A stretch of 64,000 nt of DNA from Gammaproteobacteria bacterium. GTDB taxonomy: Bacteria; Pseudomonadota; Gammaproteobacteria; Eutrophobiales; Eutrophobiaceae. Location: assembly GCA_965116495.1 (NCBI GenBank), contig OZ220696.1, forward strand, positions 1,696,001 through 1,760,000, read 5' to 3'. The position numbers were made by a program, and so were the translations under genes. The notes under the pieces are model-generated. The model did not search any database. It had not been told where the DNA came from and saw only the letters and a list, made by a program, of their open reading frames with translations. Below are positions 1 through 8,823 of the stretch, piece by piece. The number at the start of each line of letters is the position of its first letter. The first letter of the stretch is position 1.

Positions 1-368
1 TCCGGGTTTGATTGGCGAAAACCCTGAATCACCCGGGGCAACCAATGATAGGTGCCGTAGGCTTTCATGCCGAGGCGAACGGATTCGAAATTTTTTGCTG
101 CCGCAGTGCTGATTTGATATTCGACGTTTTCCAGTTCCTTGAGAATAATCTCCGCCGAAAACAATAATCTCCTGCCGGCGTCCGTCAAAAACAATTTTCT
201 GTTTTTTCTTTCAAATAACAGGGCGTCCAGCCTTCTCTCTGCATCATGAAGCCGATGGCTGAGGGCAGATTGAGTGACACCGAGTTGCCGGGCTGCCTCA
301 GTGACGCTACCGGTATCGCTGATGGCCTTGATCATGCGCAAATGCAGTATTTCCAGCTTCAGATTCAT
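1..368 (-). CDS. LysR-family transcriptional regulator (5' part; runs off window start)
   Basis: Not in the ORF track. Manual translation from ATG at 368: MNLKLEILHLRMIKAISDTGSVTEAARQLGVTQSALSHRLHDAERRLDALLFER.., the classic LysR HTH. Divergent from kynU. Confidence 0.93.
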   Translation of the reverse strand, partial: MNLKLEILHLRMIKAISDTGSVTEAARQLGVTQSALSHRLHDAERRLDALLFERKNRKLFLTDAGRRLLFSAEIILKELENVEYQISTAAAKNFESVRLGMKAYGTYHWLPRVIQGFRQSNP

Positions 369-376
369 AATTAAAC

Positions 377-413
377 ATGAGATTTTCTCATATTTTATAT
401 GAGAATTATGAAT
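377..413. promoter_or_regulatory. Putative LysR binding sites (T-N11-A dyad)
   Basis: ATGAGA-TTT-TCTCAT at 377-391 plus a second half-site ATGAGAATTATGAAT at 399-413, in the lysR/kynU intergenic region. Confidence 0.6.
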
Positions 414-471
414 TTTACTAATTTATCTTCCCTGACTATATTTTGTTCTTGATACCAGAGGCAACTGACAC

Positions 472-1713
472 ATGGCAGATTTAACATTTACAGATATACA
501 AGCGCTTGATGCAAGCGATCCGCTTGCGTATGTGCGAGAACGTTTTGAATTACCCCCTGATACGCGGTATTTCGCCGGTAATTCACTGGGCGCATTGCCG
601 AAAACCATTCCGCAACGCCTGCAGAAACTGGCGCTGGAGGAGTGGGGGCAGAATTTGGTGCGCGGCTGGTTACGGGATGACTGGTTTCAACTCCCGCAAA
701 CCGTGGGCGACAAGCTGGCAGGATTGATCGGCGCTGATAAAGGAGAGGTGGTCGTTTGTGACAGCACCTCGGTCAACCTCTACAAGCTGGCTGTCGCGGC
801 GCTGCACCTGCGCCCGCAGCGCAACAAGATCATCACCACTTCAGATAACTTCCCGACGGGACTGTATATCCTGCAGGGACTGGCAGCAACACTGGATCGG
901 GATATCGAACTCAAAATCCTGGAACCGGACGAATTTCTTGACGCCGTGGACGAGGAGACAGCCTTGGTTACGCTGACTCACGTCGATTACAGAACGGGCT
1001 ATCTCCATGACATGGAGGCAGTCACCCGGCGCGCACACACCAACGGCGCGCTGGCGTTATGGGATTTGTCGCACAGTTGCGGCGCCATGCCGCTTGACCT
1101 TAACGCCTGTAACGTCGATATGGCTATCGGCTGTGGCTACAAATACCTGAATGCGGGGCCCGGCGCGCCGGCATTTTTGTTCGTTAGAAAAGACCTGCAA
1201 GCGCAGGTCAGACAACCGCTGACCGGCTGGATGGGACATGCCGACCCGTTTGCCATGAGTCAGCAATACGAGCCGGCCCCGGATATCCGGCGCCTGCTGT
1301 GCGGTACACACCTGGTGCCCGGCCTGGTGTGCCTGGACGAAGCGATGAACGTCTTTGCGGATATCGATATGCGGGCAGTGGCGCAGAAATCCGCAAAAAT
1401 GGGCAAGTGTTTCATCCGCCTGATGGAACAACGTTGCAACCAATACGGCTTTACGCTGGCCTCACCAGCGGCAAACGAACGGCGCGGCAGCCAGGTCTGT
1501 TTTCGGCATGAACAGGCTTATCCCATCGTACAAGCCTTGATCGAACGTAACGTGATCTGTGATTTCCGCGCGCCGGATATCGTTCGTTTCGGACTGGCAA
1601 CCCTGTATTCGAGATACCGGGATATCTGGGAGGCAGTCGCCGTGATTGTCGCCGTTATGGAAGAACAGGCGTGGCAGCAGGACCAGTTCAGCCAACTGGC
1701 GGCAGTAACATAA
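472..1713 (+). CDS. kynU: Kynureninase (Pseudomonas-type)
   Basis: YFAGNSLG, EVVVCDSTSVNLYK, WDLSHS, GCGYKYLNAGPGAP (PLP Lys), GWMGH and DFRAPDIVRFG motifs. Confidence 0.93.
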   Translation: MADLTFTDIQALDASDPLAYVRERFELPPDTRYFAGNSLGALPKTIPQRLQKLALEEWGQNLVRGWLRDDWFQLPQTVGDKLAGLIGADKGEVVVCDSTSVNLYKLAVAALHLRPQRNKIITTSDNFPTGLYILQGLAATLDRDIELKILEPDEFLDAVDEETALVTLTHVDYRTGYLHDMEAVTRRAHTNGALALWDLSHSCGAMPLDLNACNVDMAIGCGYKYLNAGPGAPAFLFVRKDLQAQVRQPLTGWMGHADPFAMSQQYEPAPDIRRLLCGTHLVPGLVCLDEAMNVFADIDMRAVAQKSAKMGKCFIRLMEQRCNQYGFTLASPAANERRGSQVCFRHEQAYPIVQALIERNVICDFRAPDIVRFGLATLYSRYRDIWEAVAVIVAVMEEQAWQQDQFSQLAAVT

Positions 1714-1754
1714 CATTATATCTTGTCAAATCAGTAATCAAGCCGGGGGCAATC

Positions 1755-4070
1755 ATGAATAAATTCCCAGAGGACATACTTAAACAAGCAGTAATTTTGT
1801 TTTCTTTGTTGGTTTTAACCTCTCAGACAGTCTATTCTCAAAACGTATTGGAGGAGATTGTGGTGACCGCGACAAAACGGGGCCAGGTGAGTATCCAGGA
1901 CACTGCTATCGCTATCCAGGCATTGAGCGAAGAAATGCTGGACAGGCGCGGCGTCGTTGAGTTTGCGGACTGGGCTTATGCTGTCCCGGGACTTGAATTC
2001 AGGGACAACGGGCCAGGTGACAAACAGTATATCATGCGCGGCGTCGCCTCGCGTGCAGCCTCACCCGTCGGCGTGTACTTCAATGAGGCAGTGTTGACCG
2101 CCAATAACACTACCAATGAGGGTGGCGGGCGCAATGCGGAGATCAAGCTGTACGATATTGAACGAATCGAAGTATTGAAGGGGCCGCAGGGAACCCTGTA
2201 CGGCGCCAACTCCATGGCGGGGACGGTAAAAATCATCAGCAAACAACCGCAATTCAACGAGTTTGACTCATACGTTGAGGGGCTGGTTTCCACGACTGAA
2301 AAAGGCAGTGAAAGTTATAACGGCAGCGCCATGCTCAATATGCCGGTGATTGATGATCAGCTAGCCCTGCGTCTGGTGGGCTGGTACGAGAACAATGGGG
2401 GATATATCGACCAGATTCGTCATGGAGTGAAAGATGCCAATGAAGAAGATACCTATGGCGCACGCTTACATTTGCGCTATGAGCCCGCCGATTATCTTCG
2501 CTTCAATGTGATGGCGCTGTACCAGGATACGGAAGTCGATGATGTTTCACGCTACACCAAAGGGGCATCACTGACGCCGCCCGCCCCGCCTCTTGACACC
2601 ATTGCCGGCGGGCCGGAGTTGGCGGCCACCCGCATACCCGGGGGTGACCTGGTGAATCATGACTACGTGTTTCAACCTTGGGAAGACAAGTCTGAAATTT
2701 ACAGTTTTCAGGTGGAATGGGACATCGGACAGGTCACCCTCACAGGCGCCACTAACTGGTACGACCGTGAGAACCTGTATGGTTTCGACTCCGCCTCGAC
2801 CGACTTCACGTTCAGAGGTGTCGGCTATCCTTTCGTGAGCACCGCCTCATTTCCTCAGGAACGCTCGTTATGGAGCAATGAAATTCGTCTGGCCTCGCAA
2901 TTCGACGGCAGGTTCAATTTTGTTCTTGGCGGCTATACACAGGTTGAAGAGGCCGACTATGACGTGGAGATCGTCGTCAGCGGGCCGGAGGGGCGGCGCC
3001 TGCCATTTAACCCCAATACCGAGGGCTACTTCGGACCCGGGACCGGGAAACCCGGCAACGCGGCCTTTGGTCGCACCCTGAGTTACTCCCTGTTTCAATC
3101 TGCGCTGTTCGGCGAGTTGACATTTGACTTTACCGACCGGGTCAGCATTCAGGCGGGCGGCCGTTTTTTCTGGTCCGACCAGGAAATAGAGGAGCAGGCA
3201 ATAAAGCCGATTGGCGCTATCGGCGCCGGTCCGGTACTGAATACAGATTTCACCAGTAACCGTTTCACTCCCAAGGTGTCTTTTTCTTACGACGTCACGG
3301 AGGATGCAATGCTGTATTTCACCTATACCGAAGGCTTTCGGGTAGGGGGAATTAACCAGCGCACGCCGTTCGCGCCCATCCCCCCATCTTATAACCCGGA
3401 TAACCTCAGCAATCTTGAAGCGGGATGGAAAACGACCTGGATGGACCGACGCCTGACCTTGAACGGATCCGTTTACTGGATTAACTGGGAAGATATACAA
3501 ATCGTGCAGGCCGATGCGATTACCGGCATATTCAATTTCGTCAGCAATGGCGGAGAGGCGCGTATCCGCGGCCTGGAAATGCAGGCAGACTTTATCCCGG
3601 TTGCAAACTGGGAATTCTCGGCGGCGTTGGCTTATACCGATGCCAAAATTGTAGAGGATCAACCCCAGATATTTCTGGGACCTCCCGTACCGCTCATCCG
3701 CACGCCGCTAATGAAAGGTGACGATGTCCCCGGCGTGCCCGAATTTTCTGCAACACTGTTCACCCAGTATTCACGTGCACTGGCCGCTTCAGGGCTTGAG
3801 GTGGCCGTCAGCGGAGATATATCATATGTCGGGTCATCCTCGACCGAAGGCAACGCGCGCAATCCCTTCAACCGAGAGACAGGGGACTATGCTGTGGTCA
3901 ATGTTCGCGCTGCCATATTGCGGCAGGATGCCTGGAGCGTAACGGCGTTTCTCGACAATGCGTTTGACAAGAGGGCTATCGTGGACATCATCGCCGATTC
4001 ACAGAACCCGGATGATATTACTACCCTACGCCCGCGCACATTTGGAATCAGAACCAGGCTGGATTTCTGA
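1755..4070 (+). CDS. TonB-dependent receptor
   Basis: Signal peptide from ATG 1755, TonB box EEIVVTATKR, plug motif DIERIEVLKGPQGTLYG, C-terminal Phe (PRTFGIRTRLDF). Confidence 0.93.
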   Translation: MNKFPEDILKQAVILFSLLVLTSQTVYSQNVLEEIVVTATKRGQVSIQDTAIAIQALSEEMLDRRGVVEFADWAYAVPGLEFRDNGPGDKQYIMRGVASRAASPVGVYFNEAVLTANNTTNEGGGRNAEIKLYDIERIEVLKGPQGTLYGANSMAGTVKIISKQPQFNEFDSYVEGLVSTTEKGSESYNGSAMLNMPVIDDQLALRLVGWYENNGGYIDQIRHGVKDANEEDTYGARLHLRYEPADYLRFNVMALYQDTEVDDVSRYTKGASLTPPAPPLDTIAGGPELAATRIPGGDLVNHDYVFQPWEDKSEIYSFQVEWDIGQVTLTGATNWYDRENLYGFDSASTDFTFRGVGYPFVSTASFPQERSLWSNEIRLASQFDGRFNFVLGGYTQVEEADYDVEIVVSGPEGRRLPFNPNTEGYFGPGTGKPGNAAFGRTLSYSLFQSALFGELTFDFTDRVSIQAGGRFFWSDQEIEEQAIKPIGAIGAGPVLNTDFTSNRFTPKVSFSYDVTEDAMLYFTYTEGFRVGGINQRTPFAPIPPSYNPDNLSNLEAGWKTTWMDRRLTLNGSVYWINWEDIQIVQADAITGIFNFVSNGGEARIRGLEMQADFIPVANWEFSAALAYTDAKIVEDQPQIFLGPPVPLIRTPLMKGDDVPGVPEFSATLFTQYSRALAASGLEVAVSGDISYVGSSSTEGNARNPFNRETGDYAVVNVRAAILRQDAWSVTAFLDNAFDKRAIVDIIADSQNPDDITTLRPRTFGIRTRLDF

Positions 4071-4102
4071 GTGAACACCCGTCAGCGCCCTGGCAGTGAG
4101 AG

Positions 4103-4900
4103 ATGCGAATGCCTGTAAAGCGGGTTGGATTAATCGGTTTCGGATTTGTTGGCAGCAGGCTGTATCACAGGTTGACGGAACGCCACCCCGACGTGGAAAT
4201 CGGCTTCGTTTACAACCGCAGCCGCCCGGCGCTGGCAGGACTGCCGCAGGAGATTATTCTTGACGATCCAGACGTTGCAGCGCAACGTGGTTGTGATTTG
4301 ATCGTAGAGATGGCTCACCCGCAAATCACTGAGCAGTATGGCGCCGGCTTTCTCAGGTGCGCGGATTATATGCCGCTTTCCGTGAACGGCCTCGTCGATG
4401 CGACCCTGCTCAAAAAACTGGTCGAAATTGCGGCAGAAAATGGCCGCCGGTTATTCATTCCACATGGCGCGCTGATGGGATGCGACAACCTGATTGAATG
4501 GAAACATATGTGGCAGGAAGTGTCTGTCTCCATGCGCAAGCATCCTGAACACTTGAATATCCAGGATTTACCGGAGCATGTCGGCGCCGGCAGTAAGGAA
4601 ACCGTACTATACGACGGCCCGGTATCAGGCATCGCGCGCAAATTTCCCCGAAACGTCAACGTGATGGTAGCCTGCGCACTCGCGACAATCGGAACAGACC
4701 GATGTCAGGGCCGGTTGATCGCTGATCCTGCAGCGGAACGTGCCGTGCTTGAAGTGGCCGCAACCGGTAAAGACGGCTCCAGACTCTACATGAGAAAAGA
4801 AGCGCCGATGGCGGGCGTCTCCGGCGCAGAGATGTTCGAATCCCAGTATCGTTCGGTGCTGAAGGCGCTGGGGCTGTACCAAACCCTGGATTTTGTATAG
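4103..4900 (+). CDS. Aspartate dehydrogenase-domain protein (ASPDH-like; NadX catalytic motifs absent)
   Basis: GxGxxG Rossmann motif (GFGFVG), DLIVEMAHP, GALMG, RKHP, VLYDGPV...FPRNVNV..ALA, LIADP. Confidence 0.85.
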   Translation: MRMPVKRVGLIGFGFVGSRLYHRLTERHPDVEIGFVYNRSRPALAGLPQEIILDDPDVAAQRGCDLIVEMAHPQITEQYGAGFLRCADYMPLSVNGLVDATLLKKLVEIAAENGRRLFIPHGALMGCDNLIEWKHMWQEVSVSMRKHPEHLNIQDLPEHVGAGSKETVLYDGPVSGIARKFPRNVNVMVACALATIGTDRCQGRLIADPAAERAVLEVAATGKDGSRLYMRKEAPMAGVSGAEMFESQYRSVLKALGLYQTLDFV

Positions 4901-4909
4901 GCAATCCAC

Positions 4910-5842
4910 TTGACATTCCAGTTTCTGACCCAGTACGTTTTTCCTGCCATTATTTTTACCATCATGTTCGGGATGGGACTGGCCCTGCGAACGGATGACT
5001 TTCGACCTGTCCTCTTGCAACCGAAGGCCGCCCTGTTAGGTCTTGCAGGACAGATGGTTCTGCTGCCCTTATGGGGTTTGCTGATAACCCGCCTGTTGCC
5101 GGTGCCGGCGGAAATCGCAGTGGGACTCATGCTTCTTGCTGCCAGCCCGGGCGGGGTCACCTCCAATGCCATCTCGTTTGCCGCAAGGGCTGATATTGCC
5201 TTGTCAATTTGCCTGACCGCGGTTTCGAGTATCCTGGTATCTTTCACCTTGCCGTTGTGGGCTGCCTATGCCATCAGCACGTATATGGACTATGATGCCG
5301 AATTGAGTTTGCCGATCGGAAAAAGTATTTTGCAACTGGCATTGTTGACGATTTTGCCGATGGCGACAGGTATGATAACCCGGCGTTATGCTGGCGAGAG
5401 AGCAATCGGACCGGTCGAATTTTTCCGCAAGTTTTCAATCGTTTTAATTTGTTTTCTTGCGCTCAGCACGGTGTGGTTTAACCTGGATTACTTCAGCAGT
5501 CTGGCAGATTTCCTTACCGTCACGATGTTATGTGTCCTGTTTATGGTCACGATCATGTGTATCGCTTACATGACATCCGTCTACTTCAGGCTTTCCGCCC
5601 GTCAAGGCATCACCATTGTCATTGAGACGGGCATACAGAATTTGGCTATTACGCTGTTGGTAGTCATGACATTGTTGCAACGCCCGGAAATTGGCCGGTT
5701 GCCGCTGGTCTATGGTATGTTAATGATCACAGTGCCCTGGTTTTTTGTGGCATATTTCAAACGTCAACAAAGTTCCTGTGCCAGAGTCAACAGCGACACG
5801 GCTATTGCGGGAGGTTCCGATGAGCAAACTCAACGCCTTTAA
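4910..5842 (+). CDS. Bile acid:sodium symporter (BASS/SBF) family transporter
   Basis: IMFGMGLAL, ASPGGVTSN and IETGIQN motifs; multiple TM helices; TTG start. Confidence 0.9.
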   Translation: MTFQFLTQYVFPAIIFTIMFGMGLALRTDDFRPVLLQPKAALLGLAGQMVLLPLWGLLITRLLPVPAEIAVGLMLLAASPGGVTSNAISFAARADIALSICLTAVSSILVSFTLPLWAAYAISTYMDYDAELSLPIGKSILQLALLTILPMATGMITRRYAGERAIGPVEFFRKFSIVLICFLALSTVWFNLDYFSSLADFLTVTMLCVLFMVTIMCIAYMTSVYFRLSARQGITIVIETGIQNLAITLLVVMTLLQRPEIGRLPLVYGMLMITVPWFFVAYFKRQQSSCARVNSDTAIAGGSDEQTQRL

Positions 5843-5909
5843 CTTCCAGGCCTGGATTGACGAACACAGACACCTGCTCAAACCGCCGGTGGGCTGGGTC
5901 GGATTATGA
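5820..5909 (+). pseudogene. nbaC: Truncated 3-hydroxyanthranilate 3,4-dioxygenase (N-terminal 25 codons only)
   Basis: GGAGG RBS then MSKLNAFNFQAWIDEHRHLLKPPVG-WVGL*; WIDEHxHLLKPPVG is the conserved HAO N-terminus. Stop overlaps the next ATG (ATGA). Confidence 0.85.
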
Positions 5910-6892
5910 ACATAGACATCCACAGCCATTTCTACCCGGACGCGATTCCCGACTTATCCACCCGCTTCGGTGGCGAGTGGCCGGGGTTTCGCCATACCGG
6001 ACCCGGCAAGGGCATGATCACCCTGGGGAACCGGGATTACCGGCCGGTGTACGAGGCGTGCTGGAACCCGGCGCTGCGGCTGGAGGAAATGGACCGTGAC
6101 GGCATAACCATCCAGGTTATGTGCGCCACCCCGTTGCTGTTCGCCTATGAAAAACCCGCGCACCAGGCGCTGGAATGCGCCAGGCTGTTTAACGACATGG
6201 CGCTGGAGTTATGCGGCCACGCGCCCGAGCGGCTGAAAGCGCTGTGCCAGGTGCCGCTGCAGGATACCGACGCATCCTGCCGGGAGGTGAGCCGGGCCGC
6301 GCGGGCCGGACATATCGGAGTACAGATCGGCAACCACGTCGGGCCGCGCAACCTGGATGATGAGGGTCTGATTACCTTCCTGCAACACTGCGCTGCGGAA
6401 GACGTGCCGGTACTGGTGCACCCCTGGGACATGATGGCGCCGGAACGCATGCCCGGATACATGCTGCAATGGCTGGTGGCCATGCCGGCAGAGACGCAGT
6501 TATCCATCCTGTCCCTGATCCTGTCCGGCGCGTTCGAACGCCTGCCACGCAGCCTGCGCATCTGCTTCGCCCACGGCGGCGGCAGCTTCGCCTTCCTGCT
6601 CGGCCGCGTGGACAATGCCTGGCACAACCGCGACCTCGTGCGCAAGGACTGCCCGCACCCGCCGTCACATTACACCGACCGCTTCTACACGGACTCAGCC
6701 GTGTTTGATGAGAACGCCCTGGCGTTACTGGTAAACGTCATGGGAGAGGAACGCGTCATGCTCGGCTCCGACTACCCGTTCCCCCTGGGCGAACAGCGTG
6801 TCGGGTCGCTGATCAGCGGCTCAGGTAAATTCAGTGCGGCGACTAAAACCAGATTGTTGGGGGGTAATGCTGTTAAGTTTTTTGATCTTTGA
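5906..6892 (+). CDS. nbaD: 2-amino-3-carboxymuconate-6-semialdehyde decarboxylase (ACMSD, amidohydrolase)
   Basis: IDIHSH, VLVHPWDMM, WLVAMPAET, CFAHGGGSF, LGSDYPFPLGE motifs; kynurenine context. Confidence 0.9.
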   Translation: MNIDIHSHFYPDAIPDLSTRFGGEWPGFRHTGPGKGMITLGNRDYRPVYEACWNPALRLEEMDRDGITIQVMCATPLLFAYEKPAHQALECARLFNDMALELCGHAPERLKALCQVPLQDTDASCREVSRAARAGHIGVQIGNHVGPRNLDDEGLITFLQHCAAEDVPVLVHPWDMMAPERMPGYMLQWLVAMPAETQLSILSLILSGAFERLPRSLRICFAHGGGSFAFLLGRVDNAWHNRDLVRKDCPHPPSHYTDRFYTDSAVFDENALALLVNVMGEERVMLGSDYPFPLGEQRVGSLISGSGKFSAATKTRLLGGNAVKFFDL

Positions 6893-6898
6893 AAGTGT

Positions 6899-6933
6899 TT
6901 TGCAACCACCAGACGAGTGGTGCTGCAATTTTT
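6899..6933 (+). terminator. Possible intrinsic terminator of the kyn operon
   Basis: TTGCA-ACCAC...GTGGT-GC-TGCAA imperfect stem followed by TTTTT just after nbaD. Confidence 0.35.
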
Positions 6934-7050
6934 CCTTCAGTCTTGCATCCGGAGGATCTTGAAGCGCCAAGCATCCCAGCTCGGCCTTACAGGCTTATGC
7001 GTTAGGCCGAGGGCAGAATTAATCCTGTCCATCCTGCACATCAAGGTTGA

Positions 7051-7805
7051 TCATTTCATCTCCGGAAAAATGCTGTTGAGCCGGTGCACAAAACCAGCAG
7101 GGTCTTCCAGTTGACCGCCTTCGCTTAACAGGACCTGTTCGAACAGGATGTTGGCCCAGTCACTGAAGCGGTTGTCATCCTCCTCGTCCTGTAGCTTGCC
7201 GACAATGGGATGGTCCGGGTTAATCTCCAGGATGGGTTTTGTCGCGGGGAGTTGCTGGCCTGAAGCTTTCAGGATCTGTTCCAAATGGCGGCCCACGGTC
7301 TCCACGGTGTATTCGCTCCTGCCGTCAGAGACCCAGCGCACGCCCTCCTCTCTTGGCAGCCCCGCACAGCGAAGTGACTACCTCCACCTTTTCGGCTACG
7401 ATGAACGAGGAATAAAACCCCACGCCGAACTGGCCTATCAGTTGCGAATCCTTGCCCTGATCACCGGTCAGCGAGGCGAAGAACTGTTTGGTGCCGGATT
7501 TGGCGATTGGTGCCCAGGTTATCCACCACTTCCTGTCTGGACATGCCGATGCCGTTGTCGATAACGGTAACGGTCTTCTGCGTCTTGTTGTATTCCACCC
7601 GGATCTTCAGTTCCGCGTCGTCCTCGAACAGGCTGTCGTCCTGCAAGCCTTCAAAACGCAGCCGGTCGGCGGCGTCGGAGGCGTTCGAGATCAGTTCACG
7701 CAGGAAGATCTCCTGGTTGCTGTACAAGGAGTGGATCATCAGGTCCAGCAACTGCTGGACTTCCGTTTGAAAACCAAGCGCTTCTTTTTGTGCATCTACT
7801 GTCAT
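7051..7805 (-). pseudogene. htpG: Hsp90 chaperone HtpG pseudogene (two +1 frameshifts and a large internal deletion)
   Basis: N-term [34 protein letters not shown]; extra base near 7507 (NLGT/IAKSGT); [10 protein letters not shown]; extra base near 7372; in-frame jump near 7294 from YTVETV to the C-terminal GRHLEQILK..ILEINPDHP..EGGQLEDPAGFV. Confidence 0.93.
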
Positions 7806-7840
7806 GGCATCCCCGTTATAACGAAATGTTCGAATGCCTT

Positions 7841-7869
7841 ATTTGGGGGTTAATGCGCGAAATTTCAAG
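7841..7869 (-). promoter_or_regulatory. Sigma-32 (RpoH) promoter of htpG
   Basis: Minus strand CTTGAAA-N14-CCCCAAAT, close to consensus CTTGAAA-N13/14-CCCCATNT. Confidence 0.8.
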
Positions 7870-7930
7870 GGAATGCACGGCTGCCTTATAATGGTTCCCA
7901 TCGGATAACAGACGTACTTGCGTACAGTTA

Positions 7931-8755
7931 TTATTCAGGCTTCATAAACTTCATGGTCATCCGGTCGCTCTCACCAATGGCGGCATACTTCTCGCGATCC
8001 TCATCGCCCAGCCGGTAGACCGGCGGCAGGGTCCAGACGCCTTTCGGGTGGTCTTTGGTATCCTTCGGGTTGGCATTGATCTCGGTCTTGTCAACGAACT
8101 GAAGCCCGGCCTGCTCTACCAGGCGGATGACTTCGGCCTCGGATACATAACCCCGTTCTGACCATTCCTTGCCGACCATGTGCTCCTCGCCCCTGTGGGT
8201 TACCAGACCCAGGATGCCTCCCGGTTTGAGCACCTTGTAAATCGCTGAAAAAACCTGGTTCGCCATGTCGTTATTCAGCCAGTTGTGAACATTGCGGAAG
8301 GTCAGCACCATGTCCGCCTGCCCTTCCGGTTGCAGATCCGGCTTGTTCGGAGGCGCGAACTCAAACATGTTGACGTTGCCGTATATCTCCGGAGCAGAGG
8401 CCAGCTTGTCCGCGTATTTTTTGTAGCTTTTGCGGTAGTACTCTATCTCGGATTCACTGTCGTAGCTTCCCACATAGAATTTCCCGTTATCCCTTAAGTA
8501 CGGCGCCAGAATCTCGGAATACCAGCCGCCTGCGCCCGGGGATATTTCGACCACGGTCAGGTCATTGCGGATGCCGAACCAGTCCAGTGTCTTTGCCGGG
8601 TTGCGGTACTGGTTGCGCGCCTTGTAGGCGTCGGAACGATGGTCGCCGTTGGCGAGCACCGTGAGTTGGTTAATGTTTTCATTGGCAACCGCCACGCTTG
8701 CCGGCAGACCCAGGCTTGCTATTAATACCACCAGACAATACTTCAGTTTCATCAC
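7931..8755 (-). CDS. Predicted class I SAM-dependent methyltransferase with signal peptide (COG4798-like)
   Basis: VVEISPGAGGWYSEILAP, DMVLTFRNVHNW, LKPGG, NANPKDTKDHPKGVWTLPP, AIGESDRM; N-terminal Sec signal. Confidence 0.85.
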   Translation of the reverse strand: MMKLKYCLVVLIASLGLPASVAVANENINQLTVLANGDHRSDAYKARNQYRNPAKTLDWFGIRNDLTVVEISPGAGGWYSEILAPYLRDNGKFYVGSYDSESEIEYYRKSYKKYADKLASAPEIYGNVNMFEFAPPNKPDLQPEGQADMVLTFRNVHNWLNNDMANQVFSAIYKVLKPGGILGLVTHRGEEHMVGKEWSERGYVSEAEVIRLVEQAGLQFVDKTEINANPKDTKDHPKGVWTLPPVYRLGDEDREKYAAIGESDRMTMKFMKPE

Positions 8756-8823
8756 TCTTTTCCTCCGTTATACCGGTTAATGCGTATATGTTACCCTGTC
8801 TTGTCATCGTTGAGAAATGTCAA

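Noticed and set aside
4103-4900. Canonical nadX for NAD biosynthesis
   Set aside because: Catalytic N-x-H and NPxTS motifs are missing, and there is no nadA/nadC nearby.
7372-7508. Programmed frameshifting restoring HtpG
   Set aside because: No slippery sequences at either site, and the gene also lacks most of its middle domain.
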